DNA from: Camelus ferus
Taxonomy: Eukaryota
Length of the DNA: 64,000 nt
Reading direction: 5' to 3'
Assembly: GCF_009834535.1 (NCBI RefSeq)
Contig: NC_045697.1
Coordinates: forward strand, 37,202,001-37,266,000
Under the pieces are notes generated by a model. That model was not told where the DNA came from, did no database searches, and saw only the letters and a program-made list of their open reading frames with translations. The translations under genes were made by a program, and so were the position numbers. The first letter of the stretch is position 1. Each line of letters starts with the position of its first letter. Shown here one piece after another: positions 14,098 through 26,883 of the stretch.

Positions 14098-14158
<61 letters not shown>

Positions 14159-14180
14159 GATTCTTTTCCATTACAGATCA
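14012..14180 (-). mobile_element. 5'-truncated L1 3' end containing an expanded (TA)n
   Basis: attgaactgtagttgatttacaatgttagtttc...attcagttatac(at)n...ttcagattcttttccatta. Flanks share tgagtggg (14001 / 14183). Confidence 0.88.
14102..14155. repeat. Perfect (TA)n microsatellite, about 26-27 units
   Basis: Seen directly. Confidence 0.97.
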
Positions 14181-14344
14181 TTTGAGTGGGCTCTCATAAA
14201 CTCTCTTAAGCTAGCCAGGTTGGCTCCCAGTGCCAGCTTTGGAAGTGAAAACACATAGGCTCCAAAGCCCTTGGGTAACGCCTGCCATGTTTGTTACCTT
14301 GTCTCCCGCTGTGGCTCCCCCATCCTCATCCCTACTCTCATGTA

Positions 14345-15060
14345 ATTCATAAGCTGATCTTGAAGTCTGAAGAGGACCTGGTCAGATGGAGAAGGGCAGG
14401 GATGGGGAAGGTGTTTCAGGGATTGTGAACAACCCGAGCCAATGTTCAAAGGCCAGGGGGAGATGGCACATTTAAGGAGCTGTGAGTGGGGTGGAAACAA
14501 TGGAGCACTGTTTGCACGTGAAGATGAGGCTGGAGCACCAGGCAGGGTGAGATGGTAGGCAGTTGGGCATAAGACACACTGCCACCTCCAAATCAATGGC
14601 AACATCCAGAATAGCAAGGCCCACCCAAAAGTCAAACCCCAATTTGATTAGTGCTTAGAAAGAAATGCTGTCAATGAGTATTGAAAATATGCTATGTAGC
14701 GCTTACTTCATTTCATTGGCCCTCGCCCTTCTGTTTAATGGTTAGAGCAGGCTAACACTTAGGTTTAAACTTATTCTGAAGGTCAAGGCCACTTGTGGAA
14801 AGTTTTTGAAGATGAGAGCAACAAAATTAGATTTCAATTTTAGAGACAAAAAACATTCTAAAGATTCGGTAATGGAGAGGAAAAGAGAGAGAGAGAGAGA
14901 CAGAGGGAAAGAAAGAGAGAGAAGGAGGGATGGCTGGTTAGATCTTTAAGAAGTAGAATTAATAGTCTTTAATGACCTGACAAAGGGGGTGAGTTTAGAC
15001 TGACACCCAGGTTTCCAGGGCAGACAACTTAAAGGATGATAATGCCATTGATCAAAACAG
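14345..15060 (-). mobile_element. L2 LINE fragment, interrupted at ~14575-14750
   Basis: agctgatcttgaa...gtgtttcagg...atgttcaaaggcc...gaggctggagca, resuming at gccact...gttttt...attagattt and tgacacccaggtttc...ggatgataatgccatt. Confidence 0.7.
14581..14741 (+). repeat. Copy 2 of the ~160-bp direct repeat
   Basis: Colinear with 13558-13719; lies inside the L2 fragment. Confidence 0.85.
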
Positions 15061-15239
15061 GTACTATTAACTATTATTAACTATTATAATTATTGTTAGG
15101 GCACAAATATGGGCCTGGGAATGGAAACTTTAAAAAATAAAAGATACTGTGACTTTATCGAGATTTTCCTGCAGCATGGAACTCTAATGTGCACTGTGCA
15201 CAGCTGAAACAGGAAAAACCACATCATTAAAAGCAACAA

Positions 15240-16470
15240 TGGGATGTCCACCTCCCAGCTCCACTCCGTGGTTCTGATTTAATTGGTTAGGATGGGGCCA
15301 GGCATTGTTTTGTTTTTTTTTTTTTTAATTTTCTCATGATTAAAAAAAAAACACACACAACATGAAATTTACCCTCTTAACAAATTTTTAAGGGTACCGT
15401 ACAGTATTGTTAACTATATACACATTGTTGAAGAGCAGATCTCTAGAACTTTTTCATTTTGAAAGATTGAAACTCTCTTCTTGTTGAATAGCAACTCCCC
15501 ATTTCTCCTTCTTCCTAGTCCCTGGCAACCACCGTTCTGTTTTCTGCTTCTGTGGCTTTAACTACTTTAGTTACCTCTTGTAAGTAGAGTCATACAGCAT
15601 TTGTTCCTTTGTAACTAATTTTATGTAGCATAAAGTCCTCAAGTTTCATCCGTGTTGTAGCATAAAGCAGTATTTCCTTCTCTTTTAAAGCTGAATGATA
15701 TTCCATTGGGGAACATACTGCATCTTCTGTACCCATTCATCTGTTGATGAACATTTAGGTTGGTTTCCTATCTTAGCCATTATGAACTGTGCTGCAGTGA
15801 ACACTGGAGTGTAAATATCTCTTCGAGATCCTGATTTCTTTTGGGTAGATACCTAAAAGTAGGATTATTGAATCACATGATAGTTCTATTTTTTAATTTT
15901 TTTTTAGGAATATCCATACTATTTTCCACAATGGCTGCACAATTTTACACTTCTACCAATGATGCTCAAATTTCCAATTTCTCCACATCCTCCCCAAGGT
16001 TTGTTATTTTCTGGTTTTTGTTTTTATAATGGCCATCCCAATAGATGTGAAGTGATATCTCATTGTAGTTTCAACTTGCATTTCCCTACGATTCATTACG
16101 CTGAATACATTTTCATGTAACTGTTGGCCATCTGAATGTTTTTGTTTTTTTTGGAGAAATGTCTATTCAAGCGCTTTGTGGATTATTTGGTGTTTTGCTA
16201 TTGAGCTGTAGGAGTTACTTATTTATTTTGGATATTAACCTCTTATCACATGTATGGTTTGTGAATATTTTCTCCCATCCAGTAGGTTTCCTTCTCATTT
16301 TGTTGACCGCATCCTTTGCTCTATGAAAGCTTTTTTGTTTCAGAGTCCCATTTGTATATTTTGCTTTTGTTGCCTGTGCTTTTGGTGTCATAGTCAAGAC
16401 ATCATAGGTATTAAGTATTTTTATAAAGCTCCTCCAGATGACTTCAATGTGCAGCCAAGAGAACCATTGG
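15240..16470. mobile_element. MER5A-like hAT element split by an L1 (halves ~15240-15306 and 16406-16470)
   Basis: ttctgatttaattggttaggatggggccaggcatt continues as atttttataaagctcctccagatgacttcaatgtgcagcc..gagaaccattg, followed by gtctagaa. Confidence 0.75.
15307..16405 (-). mobile_element. 5'-truncated L1M (L1MB-like): ORF2 C-terminus plus 3' UTR
   Basis: ORF 16215-16538(-) includes MTPKAQATKAK...KQKSF..AK....KMRRKPTGWEKIFTNHTCDKRLISKI, typical of L1 ORF2. Poly-T at ~15307-15326. Flanks aggcatt / aggtatt. Confidence 0.93.
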
Positions 16471-18611
16471 TCTAGAATGCACCTTGCTATGGCATAAAGC
16501 CGATGGTTCCACCTGGGCGTGAAAGCGATCTCAGTCAATCAGGCCAGCAGCTAACCACGTTTATTTCCTATTTGGCATGAGAACCCTCAAAGGAGGGATG
16601 TGTCTACATTTCGGGATTGGACAGGGGTGAAGCAGGGAGAATGTAGTTTGAAAGATCACTATTGTTATCAAATTTTATTTCTGAGTAATAATTTTTTTTC
16701 ATGACTTAAACTAGAAAGAGTAAAGCTCAGCAAAATCTTTCTTACTCCTAAATAGTGATCTAAAGGATGTATGTGTGTATTATGTGTACACAAAGTGAAA
16801 ATGTCAGGAGGTGGTATCTGCAATTTAATTTTAAGTAGGATTAAAAGTTTAGGAAACCAGGTATAGAGAGTTAGTCCCTGACTATATGTTCATTTATTCA
16901 TGAAATATTGATTGAGTCCCTCCTAGATGTCAGTGCCTTTCTGGATCTTCTAGCTTTATTTATTCCAATCTATTAGCCCAGGGAAGTAAGTATTATTATA
17001 CCCATTTTACAGACAAAAGTGTGGCAAAGAATGGTGCAACATAGTCACACAGTTAAGAAGTGGCTAGACCGTCAATTCCATAAGGTCCAGGATCTTTGTC
17101 CTGCCCACTGGGTGTCCCTAATCCCAGAAGAGTGTCTGGTATATTGTAAGCATCCAAAATATATTTGGATGAGGTTCTATCAGCTGTGTCTGGATCTGCT
17201 GTTGACCCTTTGTAACTAGGCGCTCTCAGCTCATCCTCTCCAGGGCCAGCCTTGCCTTCCTCCTCTTAGTTCTGAGGAAGCTTCTCCCCCCGACAAACCC
17301 CCACCCTTCCAGCCAGCTTTCCATGGTTGCATCTTATTCTGTGAGGCTGTGGGGGTTGCATCTGACTAGGTCGTTGAGCACATTGTGAAGAGGGTATTTA
17401 TTCATCCAGGAAATATCCATTTACATACCAAACTCTGGTTGATTTGGAAGGTTAGACGGGAACAATAACTACTCTGTGTCCACAGGCCAGGGAGCTAACT
17501 ATACCAAACTCAACAGTAGTTAACAAAATATTATGTCGTAGTAGTAACAGAGTGACAATCAGGAAAGAGTTTCAGTGAAAATACACAGAACGCCCTATAT
17601 TGACCAGGCTATCTTAGCTTCAGCCCTTCACCAAAATTATTTTCACTGGTATTTTAAAAATCTTTGCACTATATTTCCAAAATATGCTTAGGAAAAAAAA
17701 AAAAAAAAAAGAACTTGTTTCTATAACCTAAATGTGAAGGCTTCCAGGGTGGAAACAAAAAAGAAATGGAAGACACTGTTTTCTATCATTTTTATTTTAT
17801 CATTTTAGAGCACGCGGATGAGGATTCGGGAAATCTTCGTGTCACTCTCTTAATAAAGCCACAGTGAGCACTTCATGCTGCTTCCACTTCCCACACACAA
17901 ACTTTCTAATTATAAAAGGACCTTTTCAGACTTATTCAGGGCATATAATCTTATTTGCAGCTCCTAATTGGAGGACTGTGTTTGTTGAAAAGAACAGAAG
18001 TCTTCAGTCATTTAGAATAAAGCTGGCTCATCAACCCCTGTGGGAAGAAAAGAACTATTTATTTTATCCGTTAATCCCAAATACAAACACAATAAAGCTG
18101 TCTTTTCTAATAGTGACCTATTTCATGTTAAATTGGGATAAAGCTAGCTTTGCTGAATAAGACTATTGTAGTCAACAAAAAAGTCAATCTTATTAGGATT
18201 CCCATTGAATACTTTCCAATAACTTATCTTTTAAAATGCTGAACCCAAATCCCAGCTGAATTCTTTATGTTTTCTGACACAAAATGCAAATCTGGAAGGG
18301 AAATAACCTCAACTAGTGAGCCCCATCTAGTGACAGGGAAGTAAATTGCTGTTCAAAACTGGGTCTGCAATTCTCCCATCTTTAATCTGATTTTTACATT
18401 CTTCTATCTGTGCCTATGCCCTTATGTTTCTGTTCCTCTCTGGTTTTTTTTTTCCTTTTTGCCTATAACTTTTATTTCTGAGCATAGACAAGATTTTATA
18501 CCAAGCAAATTTTTTTCTTGGTAACTTAAATTTTAGTCTTTAAAAAATTACCTTGCTTAAAATTAGCCAGATTTCCCCATTTACTGTTGAATTTTAAAAT
18601 GTGGGCAGCCA

Positions 18612-18825
18612 GATAAAACTACTATGTATAGAATAGATGAACAGCAAGGTCCTGCTGTATAGCACAGGGAGCTATATTCAATGGCTTATAGTAACCTGTA
18701 ATGAAAAAGAATATGAAAAAGTATATACACATGTAACTGACTCACTATGCTGTACACCAGAAACTAAATACAACATTGTAAATAAACTATACTTCAACTT
18801 AAAAAAAAAGATTAAAAAATAAAAA
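18612..18825 (+). mobile_element. 5'-truncated L1 3' end (cetartiodactyl-type)
   Basis: aacagcaaggtcctgctgtatagcacaggga...gctgtacaccagaaactaa...actatacttcaa plus A tail. TSD taaaatgtgggcagcca / taaaatttggacagcca. Confidence 0.92.
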
Positions 18826-19036
18826 TAAAATTTGGACAGCCATGTTCCTTGAATAGCACTACATAGCATTTATGGATTAAACTATTTGATGTAAATAATA
18901 TTATTCATTTATCCTATGTATTTAATCAAAAGACTCCAAAGGTTCTTTACTCCTAAGAACTTTAGAGGAACAAGACTGGGTCATGGAAAAATTCAGTGAG
19001 AACACCTAAGGACATTAAAGTTCTCAAAGCCTGAAA

Positions 19037-19110
19037 GGGGAGGGTGTAGCTCAGTGGTAGAGTACATGCTTAACATGCATGAAGTCCTGGGTTCAATCCC
19101 CAGAACCTCT
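19037..19110 (+). mobile_element. tRNA-Ala-derived SINE head (camelid Vic-1-like), no tail
   Basis: ggggagggtgtagctcagtggtagag...gtcctgggttcaatccccag: Pol III A and B boxes. Same family as four other copies in the window. Confidence 0.88.
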
Positions 19111-20409
19111 GTTATCATAGCCTAGTTTCTTGGACAATATCTACATTCAATGGTTGTACTGGCTCAGAGGTCAGTTTCTTTTAGCCAGCTACATTAGAAG
19201 TTAATTTTGGCGTGTCTGCATGCCACATTTCTGCATTTCTTGACTTTTATTACCACAATAATAAACATATCAAAAACGAAATAAGACCTACTTCAAGGAT
19301 CAACTCCAGTCATACATGGGAAATGTTTTTGTTAGTGATTCTGCCTTATAAATGCCAACCTTCTTTGTTCCCAGAAAAAACAAGTGGATGATAGCCATAT
19401 ATCATTTTAAAATGCAGAAGAACAGATTCCTCAATTTATCTACACTTGAGTTACTTTCAAAATATCTTTCCACTGGCCTAGGTGCCCACACACCAGAAGC
19501 AGACGTAGGTATAGGAGGTTCTGGGTTATGGAGGAAAGAGCCAAGGACTCAAGTTCACGTCCTAACATTACCCTTCACTGGCCGCATGACCTTGGGAAAG
19601 TCATACCTCCCATCAAGTTCCCATGAGCTCAGGCTCTGAAGCAGACACATGCTTGCTCCTCCACCTCCGAGCTGCTGGACTTCAGACAAAGTACTTCTCT
19701 AAGCCTTAACTTGCTTAATGTGTGTCATGATATTTACTTCATAGCATTGTTATGAGGAATTGATGGAATAAAGAATGTGCAGTGCTGAGCTCAGGTTCTG
19801 GCACATAACAGAGAGCTCAGTGAGTATTATTATTACTTACAAAATGGAGGGACCAGCATCCACCTCTCAAGACCTTTGGGAAGACTCAACAAGATGACAT
19901 TTGGGAATGTGTTGGTCAGCTCTACAGCACTCTGTAAATAATCTGGATGAGAACACTCAGAGAAGGCCTAAAGAAAGAAGGGAGGAGATTGTAGTTGGAG
20001 AACACGGGGCTTTTGTAGATCAGCACATGCTTTATGGGCTGAGTAACATTTTTGTAGGTCTCATGATTTGTATTGTGGACTTCCATTTTATTTGGGGATG
20101 GAAATTTCTGAAGAGAATAGAACAATAGAGTTGGAAGAGGGGGTTCTATAATTTGGTTTCTTCATTCTATTTAGGAAACAAATGCCCCTTTCTTTGTTCC
20201 AAAGAGCTCTTTGCTCATTTAAGATTTTTTTTTTTTTTTTAGGAATTTTAAATGCTTTCTTTAATGTCTGCCTTTGCTTCTGGATGATAAACACCATGAG
20301 GATGGGATGATGGCTGTCTGGTCCCCACTGTACCCTTAGCCACAGCTCAGGGTCCAGCACAGTGTCTGGTACATTGTGTATATAAGGTAATTGCTGACAA
20401 GCTCAGAGA

Positions 20410-20640
20410 TGCCACATAGCAAGGAAGTTGAGAGCATGGACTCTGCAGAGAGGAAAAGCTGGGTACAAATTTGATCTCTTTTGTTTAATTCCTGTGTGAC
20501 CTTGGGCAAGTTACTTAGCGTCTCTGATTCTCAGTTTCCTTATCTGTAAAATAGGACTAATAATGATAGGACCTATTCCATAGGGCTGTTGCTGAGATTA
20601 TGAGCTAATTCATGAAAAGTGCCTAAAACAATGTAACTCT
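20410..20640 (+). mobile_element. MIR SINE, near full length
   Basis: agagcatggactctg...tgtgtgaccttgggcaagttacttagcgtctctga..ctcagtttccttatctgtaaaatagg. Confidence 0.9.
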
Positions 20641-21938
20641 ATTAATTTATCAAAATGACCAATATAACAAAGTCAATTACAGGGAGTTCTGGAACTAGAA
20701 TCCTACAGAGATCTTGTTTTTTTTTATTTTTATTCCTCCAATATCCCTCAACCTCTCTGCCCAGACCACTTTCTAAAATCATTAAATCTAATCAGACAAA
20801 AATAGTGACACAAAATAAAGTATTGGGTGGTTCACTTAGAGGTGCTGCAATGTCTCAAAGTACTAGCAGCGAGTTTCAGGAACTCATTTGAATGGTGGTA
20901 AGGGCTTATTATTGCTAATAACCTCCCGGAGTCTAAAGCACAGAGCTGAACAGAGCATTTCATATTTTGCTCTAACAGTTGGTCCTTAAGGGTTTGACGA
21001 TCAGATGCAGGCATGGCTGGATTATGAAAATGGCATGTTCAAAAATATCTCTGCAGCTCACTCCTAGGTGACTTTCAGCAAGTGAACTGTTAGCCTCCTG
21101 GAAGATTAGACGTCAAGATAATTAGCTCTCTGCCACATGGACTCTATTTTTCAAATCTCATTCTCCTTTCTTCCCTATGTCGCTTAGTTGACACAACTCA
21201 TGATTACTTCATGCCTGAGTTCTTCAATTTCTTGTCAGCGCCCTCATAAACCATCTCCTATTCATGACTTATCACACCTAACACTCAATTCACACTATTA
21301 ACTTTGATGTTGTATTTTACAATCAGTGTGTGTTCAAACATCATAGAAAACAAAGATCAAGTTAGACAGGTAAACCAGATATCGGAGGTTTGCCTATGCT
21401 AACCCATCCTCTTGTCTCTCTTTGCTCTTCAAAAGCCAATGTGCCACGGAGGAAGTGAAATGCATGTTTTCCCATTTCATCTCGTGACCAGATGGCTGTG
21501 AATTTCTTCTTTCTTTGTCTAATGTTGGAGTCTGAGATTTCCCATTTCATTTTTCTATATGACCTGGACTTGGCCTTATGCAACTCGGGAATAACTTTCT
21601 CTTTTCTATCATAAATGGAGCCAATGAAAAGCTAGACTGAAAAAGAAAAAAGATGGAATGGGAATTATCCAAAGGAACCATACAATTATAGAAATTCTGA
21701 CTGGGAGAACATGGAAATGCTGTCTGTCCACCTCCTTGCACCTTAACCTGCCCCACACCAATCCAGCAGGTAATTTGGGCTCCTTTTTCCAAAGAATTCA
21801 CAGAATACCATGCCTCTGCCCTCCATTTAAGAAAGTTCTTCATTTATACAGCTCAATACCTTTTCTCTCTCTAGTTCGGACTCTTTCCTTTGTGTTGTGA
21901 GGAAGAAGAGTTGGTTAGCTTCATGTCACCTAGAAATA

Positions 21939-22443
21939 CAGATCTTCCTTGACTTGTCATGGGGTTACATCCCAACAAACCCAATGGAAGTTGAAGATAT
22001 CATAGGTCAAAAATGCGTTTAATACACCTCACCCACAGAACATCACAGCTTAGCCTAGCCCAACTTAAACATGCTCAGAACATGGATAGTAGCCTGCAGT
22101 TGGGCAAAAATCATCTAACAGAGAGCCTATTTCATAATAAAGTATTGAATATTTCATGTAACTTATTGAATACTGTCCTGAAAATGGAAAGCAGAGTGGT
22201 CGTCTGTGTACAGAGTGACTGTAAGTGCATCAGTTGTTGCCCTGTGATGGCATGGCCAACTGGGAGCTGCAGTGGCTGCCACTGCCCAGCATCATGAGGG
22301 AGTGTCCTACCGTTTGCCACTAGCCCTGGAAAAAAGCACAATTCAAAATTCCAACATATGGTTTCTCGTGAGTGCGTTATCACTGTTGCACCATCATAAA
22401 GTTGAAAAATCACTAAGTTGAGCCATCGTTAGTTGAGACGTCT
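21939..22443. mobile_element. TcMar-Tigger MITE, MER47/Tigger5b-like
   Basis: Preceded by TA. cagatcttccttgactt..atggggttacatccc...agcttagcctagcc...cagttgggcaaaaatcatctaac matches recalled MER47 consensus. Confidence 0.88.
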
Positions 22444-23009
22444 CACCTCCCGGCCCCTTCCCTCTCCTGGACCTGTGGAGTTTGCTTTCCCACTTCCCTG
22501 CTGTTGCACAACTTGATTAATTGTGGAAATTCCAGGATTTCCTGAAAGTGATCTTGAACTGAACCAGTGTTCGAGGTAGAAGAAACAAGGATGAGGAAAG
22601 TTTTTCCTCTTTTCTTTCCTTTGCCAGCATCACGGCACCATTCCTTAGATGCTGACTACTTCCTTCCCGCACCCCCACCTCACAGCTCAGAAAATGTGGG
22701 ATCAGATCAAAGGCCTACCAAACAGCCTTTAGCTTTGTGCTTGGCTCCAAAATCCAGCTCTTCTCGAAGCTCTAAGGAAGGGCCTGGTTCCTAAGAGTCT
22801 TCTAAGATTTATTCAGACTCAGGAATTGTTCCCTGGAGACCTAAAACATGCAGGGAATTTCCTCTACCCCACTCCCACCTGCACTCTTGTACATAGGTCC
22901 TTAGTTCATTTATTTTTAATGCTGAGCACAACTTGCTGAGCTATTTCAACAGCATCTATCTTAATTTCTATATACCAGCCACCAGTCCATTGAACACCGA
23001 GTGGCCTGG

Positions 23010-23240
23010 CAACATGCGTAATGAAAAGAGCACAAGTTTGGGGGTCAGGCTGACCTTGGTCTCATGCTCCACTATTTCGTTTGCTGCAGAATGACTTTGG
23101 TCAAGTTCCTTTACCTCTAAGCTTCCGGTTTCTTCTGTGTAAAATAGAGCTAATACCAACTTGGGGGTTTGACACTAGGATTAAAGAGAGACTTAACCCA
23201 TGGAAAGCGCCCAGCACAGTGCCTGGAGTGCATTCATTGC
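23010..23240 (+). mobile_element. MIR SINE
   Basis: aaagagcac...tgactttggtcaagttcctttacctctaagcttccggtttcttctgtgtaaaat...cccagcacagtgcctgg. Confidence 0.85.
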
Positions 23241-24999
23241 TTTAATCCATTTCTCTCCTCCACTGGCTACAGGGACAGAGCTATCCAGCACCACACGTAT
23301 TCATCAACTTCATCTCTTACACTGAGCTGCTGTCACAGCCACCCTCCTCGCAGCCGTTAAAAGCAGTCAGTGACTGTAACTATAAGGGTCTCTGTCATGT
23401 ACTTGCTCTGCACTCAGATGAGAGGACAGAAAGGCAGGAGGACTCATGGTCCCGTCTCGAGGCGCCTGCAACACAGAAGCCCAGCAGCACAAGTGAGGCC
23501 TTTTCACGAACATCTCAGCCCGCAGGCATAGTAGGACTGGATGAAGATTTTGGAAGGGCTAAACACTAAGGAGATAATGATGCTGCCATCCCCGTATATA
23601 ATTAAAAATAAAAATAAAAACAGCACCAGACCATAATTAAGTGTAAAGAAGAAGAACCATGTTCTGATATTTTCCCCATTGTGATGACAATCCTAGTACT
23701 TCTTTTGAAATATTAATTTTCAATTTTTTTTCAAAAAGATGTTTTTTGGGTGCCCTCATTTTGTAGGTAACTAGTCTGCTTATAGCATAATGCAACATGA
23801 CCCCAAAGGCTGTCCTAACTTTCAGTGACCGCATCAGAAGGCAGGCCGAGAGCAGAGAGGCTGGAGAGGAAAGGGTCTCCATAATTCACAAACTACTTGA
23901 CAAATCCCACAAATAATGGAAAAGTGGTTGTACATTTTAAGGCAAGATCAAATCCACATATAAAAAGGTAAATTGACACTCTTTCCAAACCTGTGGGTTG
24001 ACTGGGATGGACTTTGCACAAACAGGACAAAGGAAAGGTCATATTTAGATCAGCAAGTTGCAGAGTCAATTACATATTATGCCTTAAAAGCTGACCTCAC
24101 CCCTGAACTGCACCATCTGGGTCTATTACAATGGAGACAAGTTGCAAAGAACAATGGCGACATGACACATTCACCAGGACGCAGAGGCACTGGTTTTCCT
24201 TGTTCTTTCGTTTTTTTTAATGGAAGAGGTTCTCTCTGAAGGACACAGACCCACTCTAAGGCAAGGTTAGCAGTACCTGGTGAGGCTTATTTGGAGATCA
24301 AGCCAACAACCCTTACATTTGGAGCCATTCACCTTTATACTACAAGTCAAAGAGAGAAGCACCAGGAATAGCCCAGAAACCCTGACAGGGAACTTTCTCA
24401 GGCAGAGATGAAAACAATTTACATAGCCACTGTAAATAGTTAATAAAATCCTTTTTACAGTCCATCTCCTTAGATTTCCATTACATCCTGTTCTGTTTCA
24501 AACATGCATTTTTCTTTTGGATTGTTAGGCAATAAAGAGTCAAGCCATTTATCAAACGATGTCTTCGTATTCCTTTCAAATGTTTTACCATTTTCAGGAA
24601 ATACTGCGTCTGCTATAATTAATCTCTCAGTAGAAAGTTGTTTTAGAAAGACTCCAGGACAGCGGAAAGAAAAGTCTTTTCTTCGTAGAGTTTTTTGGTT
24701 CTTGTGAGTGGAAACGTTCAGAAACAGACGCTGGTGGTATCATCACATGTTGCAAACTGTTCATTTCGGATAAAGAGGTAAAAAACAATGAAGGACATTC
24801 TCACTTGCCCAAAACTGTCCTGTGACGGAGCTGGGGTTAAGTGGGCCCCAGAGGCAACTCGGTGTTGTGCTGAGAGTAACTTCAGAGCAAGGTTGGGTGT
24901 CCACAGTTCTTATATTTGACAATGGGAACGGGAAGACCTGAGAGAAGCCCCTTGAGGGGTTCCCATCCCCTACCCCCTTGGCATCAGTAATACCAGCTA

Positions 25000-25205
25000 C
25001 TACTTGGCGTTTTCCACGTATCAGATGTTGTTCCAAACATTTTACACATATTCAATACTCACTTGATATTATGATGATTTTATCTTAACATTAATACCTG
25101 AGGAAGGTACTGATATTATCTTAATTTTCAGATCAGTAAACTGATGCCAAGGCAGACTCCCCAAGGGGTGAGGCCAGGAACCAACACCGGGCAGCTTGAT
25201 TGAGC
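25000..25205 (-). mobile_element. MIR SINE fragment
   Basis: taataccagctactactt...aggtactgatattatc..attttcagatcagtaaactga. Confidence 0.65.
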
Positions 25206-26220
25206 CCAACCTCACGGTCTAGCCTCTGCAGGCAGCGGGATGGACTGTCTTCAATTCTCACCATCTCGTTTGTGCTGACACACAGTAGGGCTGTCAGTCA
25301 GCTCTTTCTGCAGAAGTACACAGAGGTACGTGGGTGCTAGGTGGTTGGCCAAATATCAAATACGAAATAATTAAGTTATTAAGCGAAATAGTTAAGAACT
25401 CAGTTTCTTTGATTTTTTTTAGGCCAACTTTTCCTCCTTTCCAGCCTTCTTCCACTTCATGTAAAAAAAATAAAACCAACAAAACCAAAACAATTGCTTT
25501 GCTTCTTTCTATGATCATAGAAAAGGGTAGAAGTTTTCATTGGTTGGTAACACGAAGCAGATCAAGCCCCACTCCGGGCCTGGGTTCTGCTCAAAACAGC
25601 CATGGCTCTGGTCCTCGAAGGTAAATATGTGGTTTAATTGGTCTCACATCTGAATTGAAGGTTTTGAAGTGGCTTAATCTCACCCTCAGACAGATGAATA
25701 ATAAATAAATATTAGGAAGTGCTCCCAACTTTAGGGTATGCAAGGGAACCATTTGGAAAATTAGAGAATCTGGATGATCTCTAGAAGAACATTGTAGTTT
25801 CCTCCAAGAAACTTGATGGAAATGATCATATCTCCAGTGTCAAGGTTACATTTGTGTTTGTTTCATTTTAGCTTTTAAATAGATATACTAAGGGCTCAGG
25901 TGGCTTTTGTGGGCCAATCTGATCCCAAGATCAACCTCAGTCTGAGCCATTAAGGCATCATTTCATCTGCCTGACAATTCGACGTACTAACCAGAGTGTT
26001 TTCTTCCCACATGAGGGGAAAGTTTGGTTGTGATGTTGTGATGAAACCACAGGCAATGCAGTGCACAGGTAGGACTCAGCCTCCACCAAGGTCACTTGAT
26101 TAAGCAGGCCATCATCTTCACGCGTGGAAAACCTTGAATCACACAAATGCCATCTGTATTTATCAGAGTGCAGGAAAGAGGAAGAGATGGCTCATGCCAA
26201 ACGGGTATTTAGGAGAGTTT

Positions 26221-26390
26221 TTTTTTAATTTAAATTTAATCGTATTTATTTTGTTTGTTTTGGTTTTTGGAGGGAGGGGAGGTAATTAAGTTTATTTATT
26301 TATTTATTTTAATGGAGGTACTGGGGATTGAACCCAGGACCCTGTGCATGCTAAGTACATGCTCTACCACTGAGCTATACTCTCCCCTGC
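26221..26390 (-). mobile_element. Full-length tRNA-Ala-derived SINE (Vic-1-like)
   Basis: Reverse strand: ggggagagtatagctcagtggtagagc...gtcctgggttcaatccccagtacctcc + (AAAT)n + aacttaattacctcccc + A-rich tail. Perfect TSD taggagagttt (26210-26220 / 26391-26401). Confidence 0.95.
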
Positions 26391-26437
26391 TAGGAGAGTT
26401 TAACAAAGGGAACGTTTTACAAAGATGGGGGCAGGGT

Positions 26438-26883
26438 AAGATATGGGTAGTGGATTAAAAGCTATAAACTATTACATACAAAATAAATAAATAAGGATAT
26501 ATTAGGCAGCACAGGGAATATAGCCACTATTTTATAATAATTATAAATGGAGTATTATCTATAAAAATTTTGAATCACTATATTGTGCACCTGAAACTAA
26601 TATATTGTTAATGAACTATACTGCAATTTAAAAAGTCATAAACTTTCAAACAATATGGAAAAAATGTGAACAATGGTAGGCTAAGTGAAGAAACAAGATA
26701 TAAAATTATTCAAACGTCATGTTTATGACTGTTAAATATGTTGACTATTAACAAGAAATAAGCAAAAATCATAAGTTGTATTTAGGTTATGGGCATTTTT
26801 TTCTTTTTTGCTAAACTTGCAGTGGTATTATTCCATATTTGTAATGCAAAAATAAATAAAAGACCTTTTAAAGACTTAAAAAA
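26438..26883 (+). mobile_element. 5'-truncated L1 3' end with ~250 bp of extra 3' sequence
   Basis: L1 3' UTR (aaggatatatt...agcacagggaatatagcca...gaatcactatattgtgcacctgaaactaat...actatactgcaatttaaaa) to ~26635, then unrelated sequence, AATAAA and an A run. TSD aaagatgggggcagggt / aaagatgcaggcagagt. Confidence 0.85.

Noticed and set aside
16215..16538. 107-aa ORF as a gene
   Set aside because: Decayed L1 ORF2 fragment read in from MER5A sequence.
19037..19110. Functional tRNA-Ala gene (also 26310-26387, 34470-34545, 35455-35530, 53850-53922)
   Set aside because: The copies differ from each other, have broken stems or anticodon loops, and mostly carry tails and TSDs. They are SINEs.
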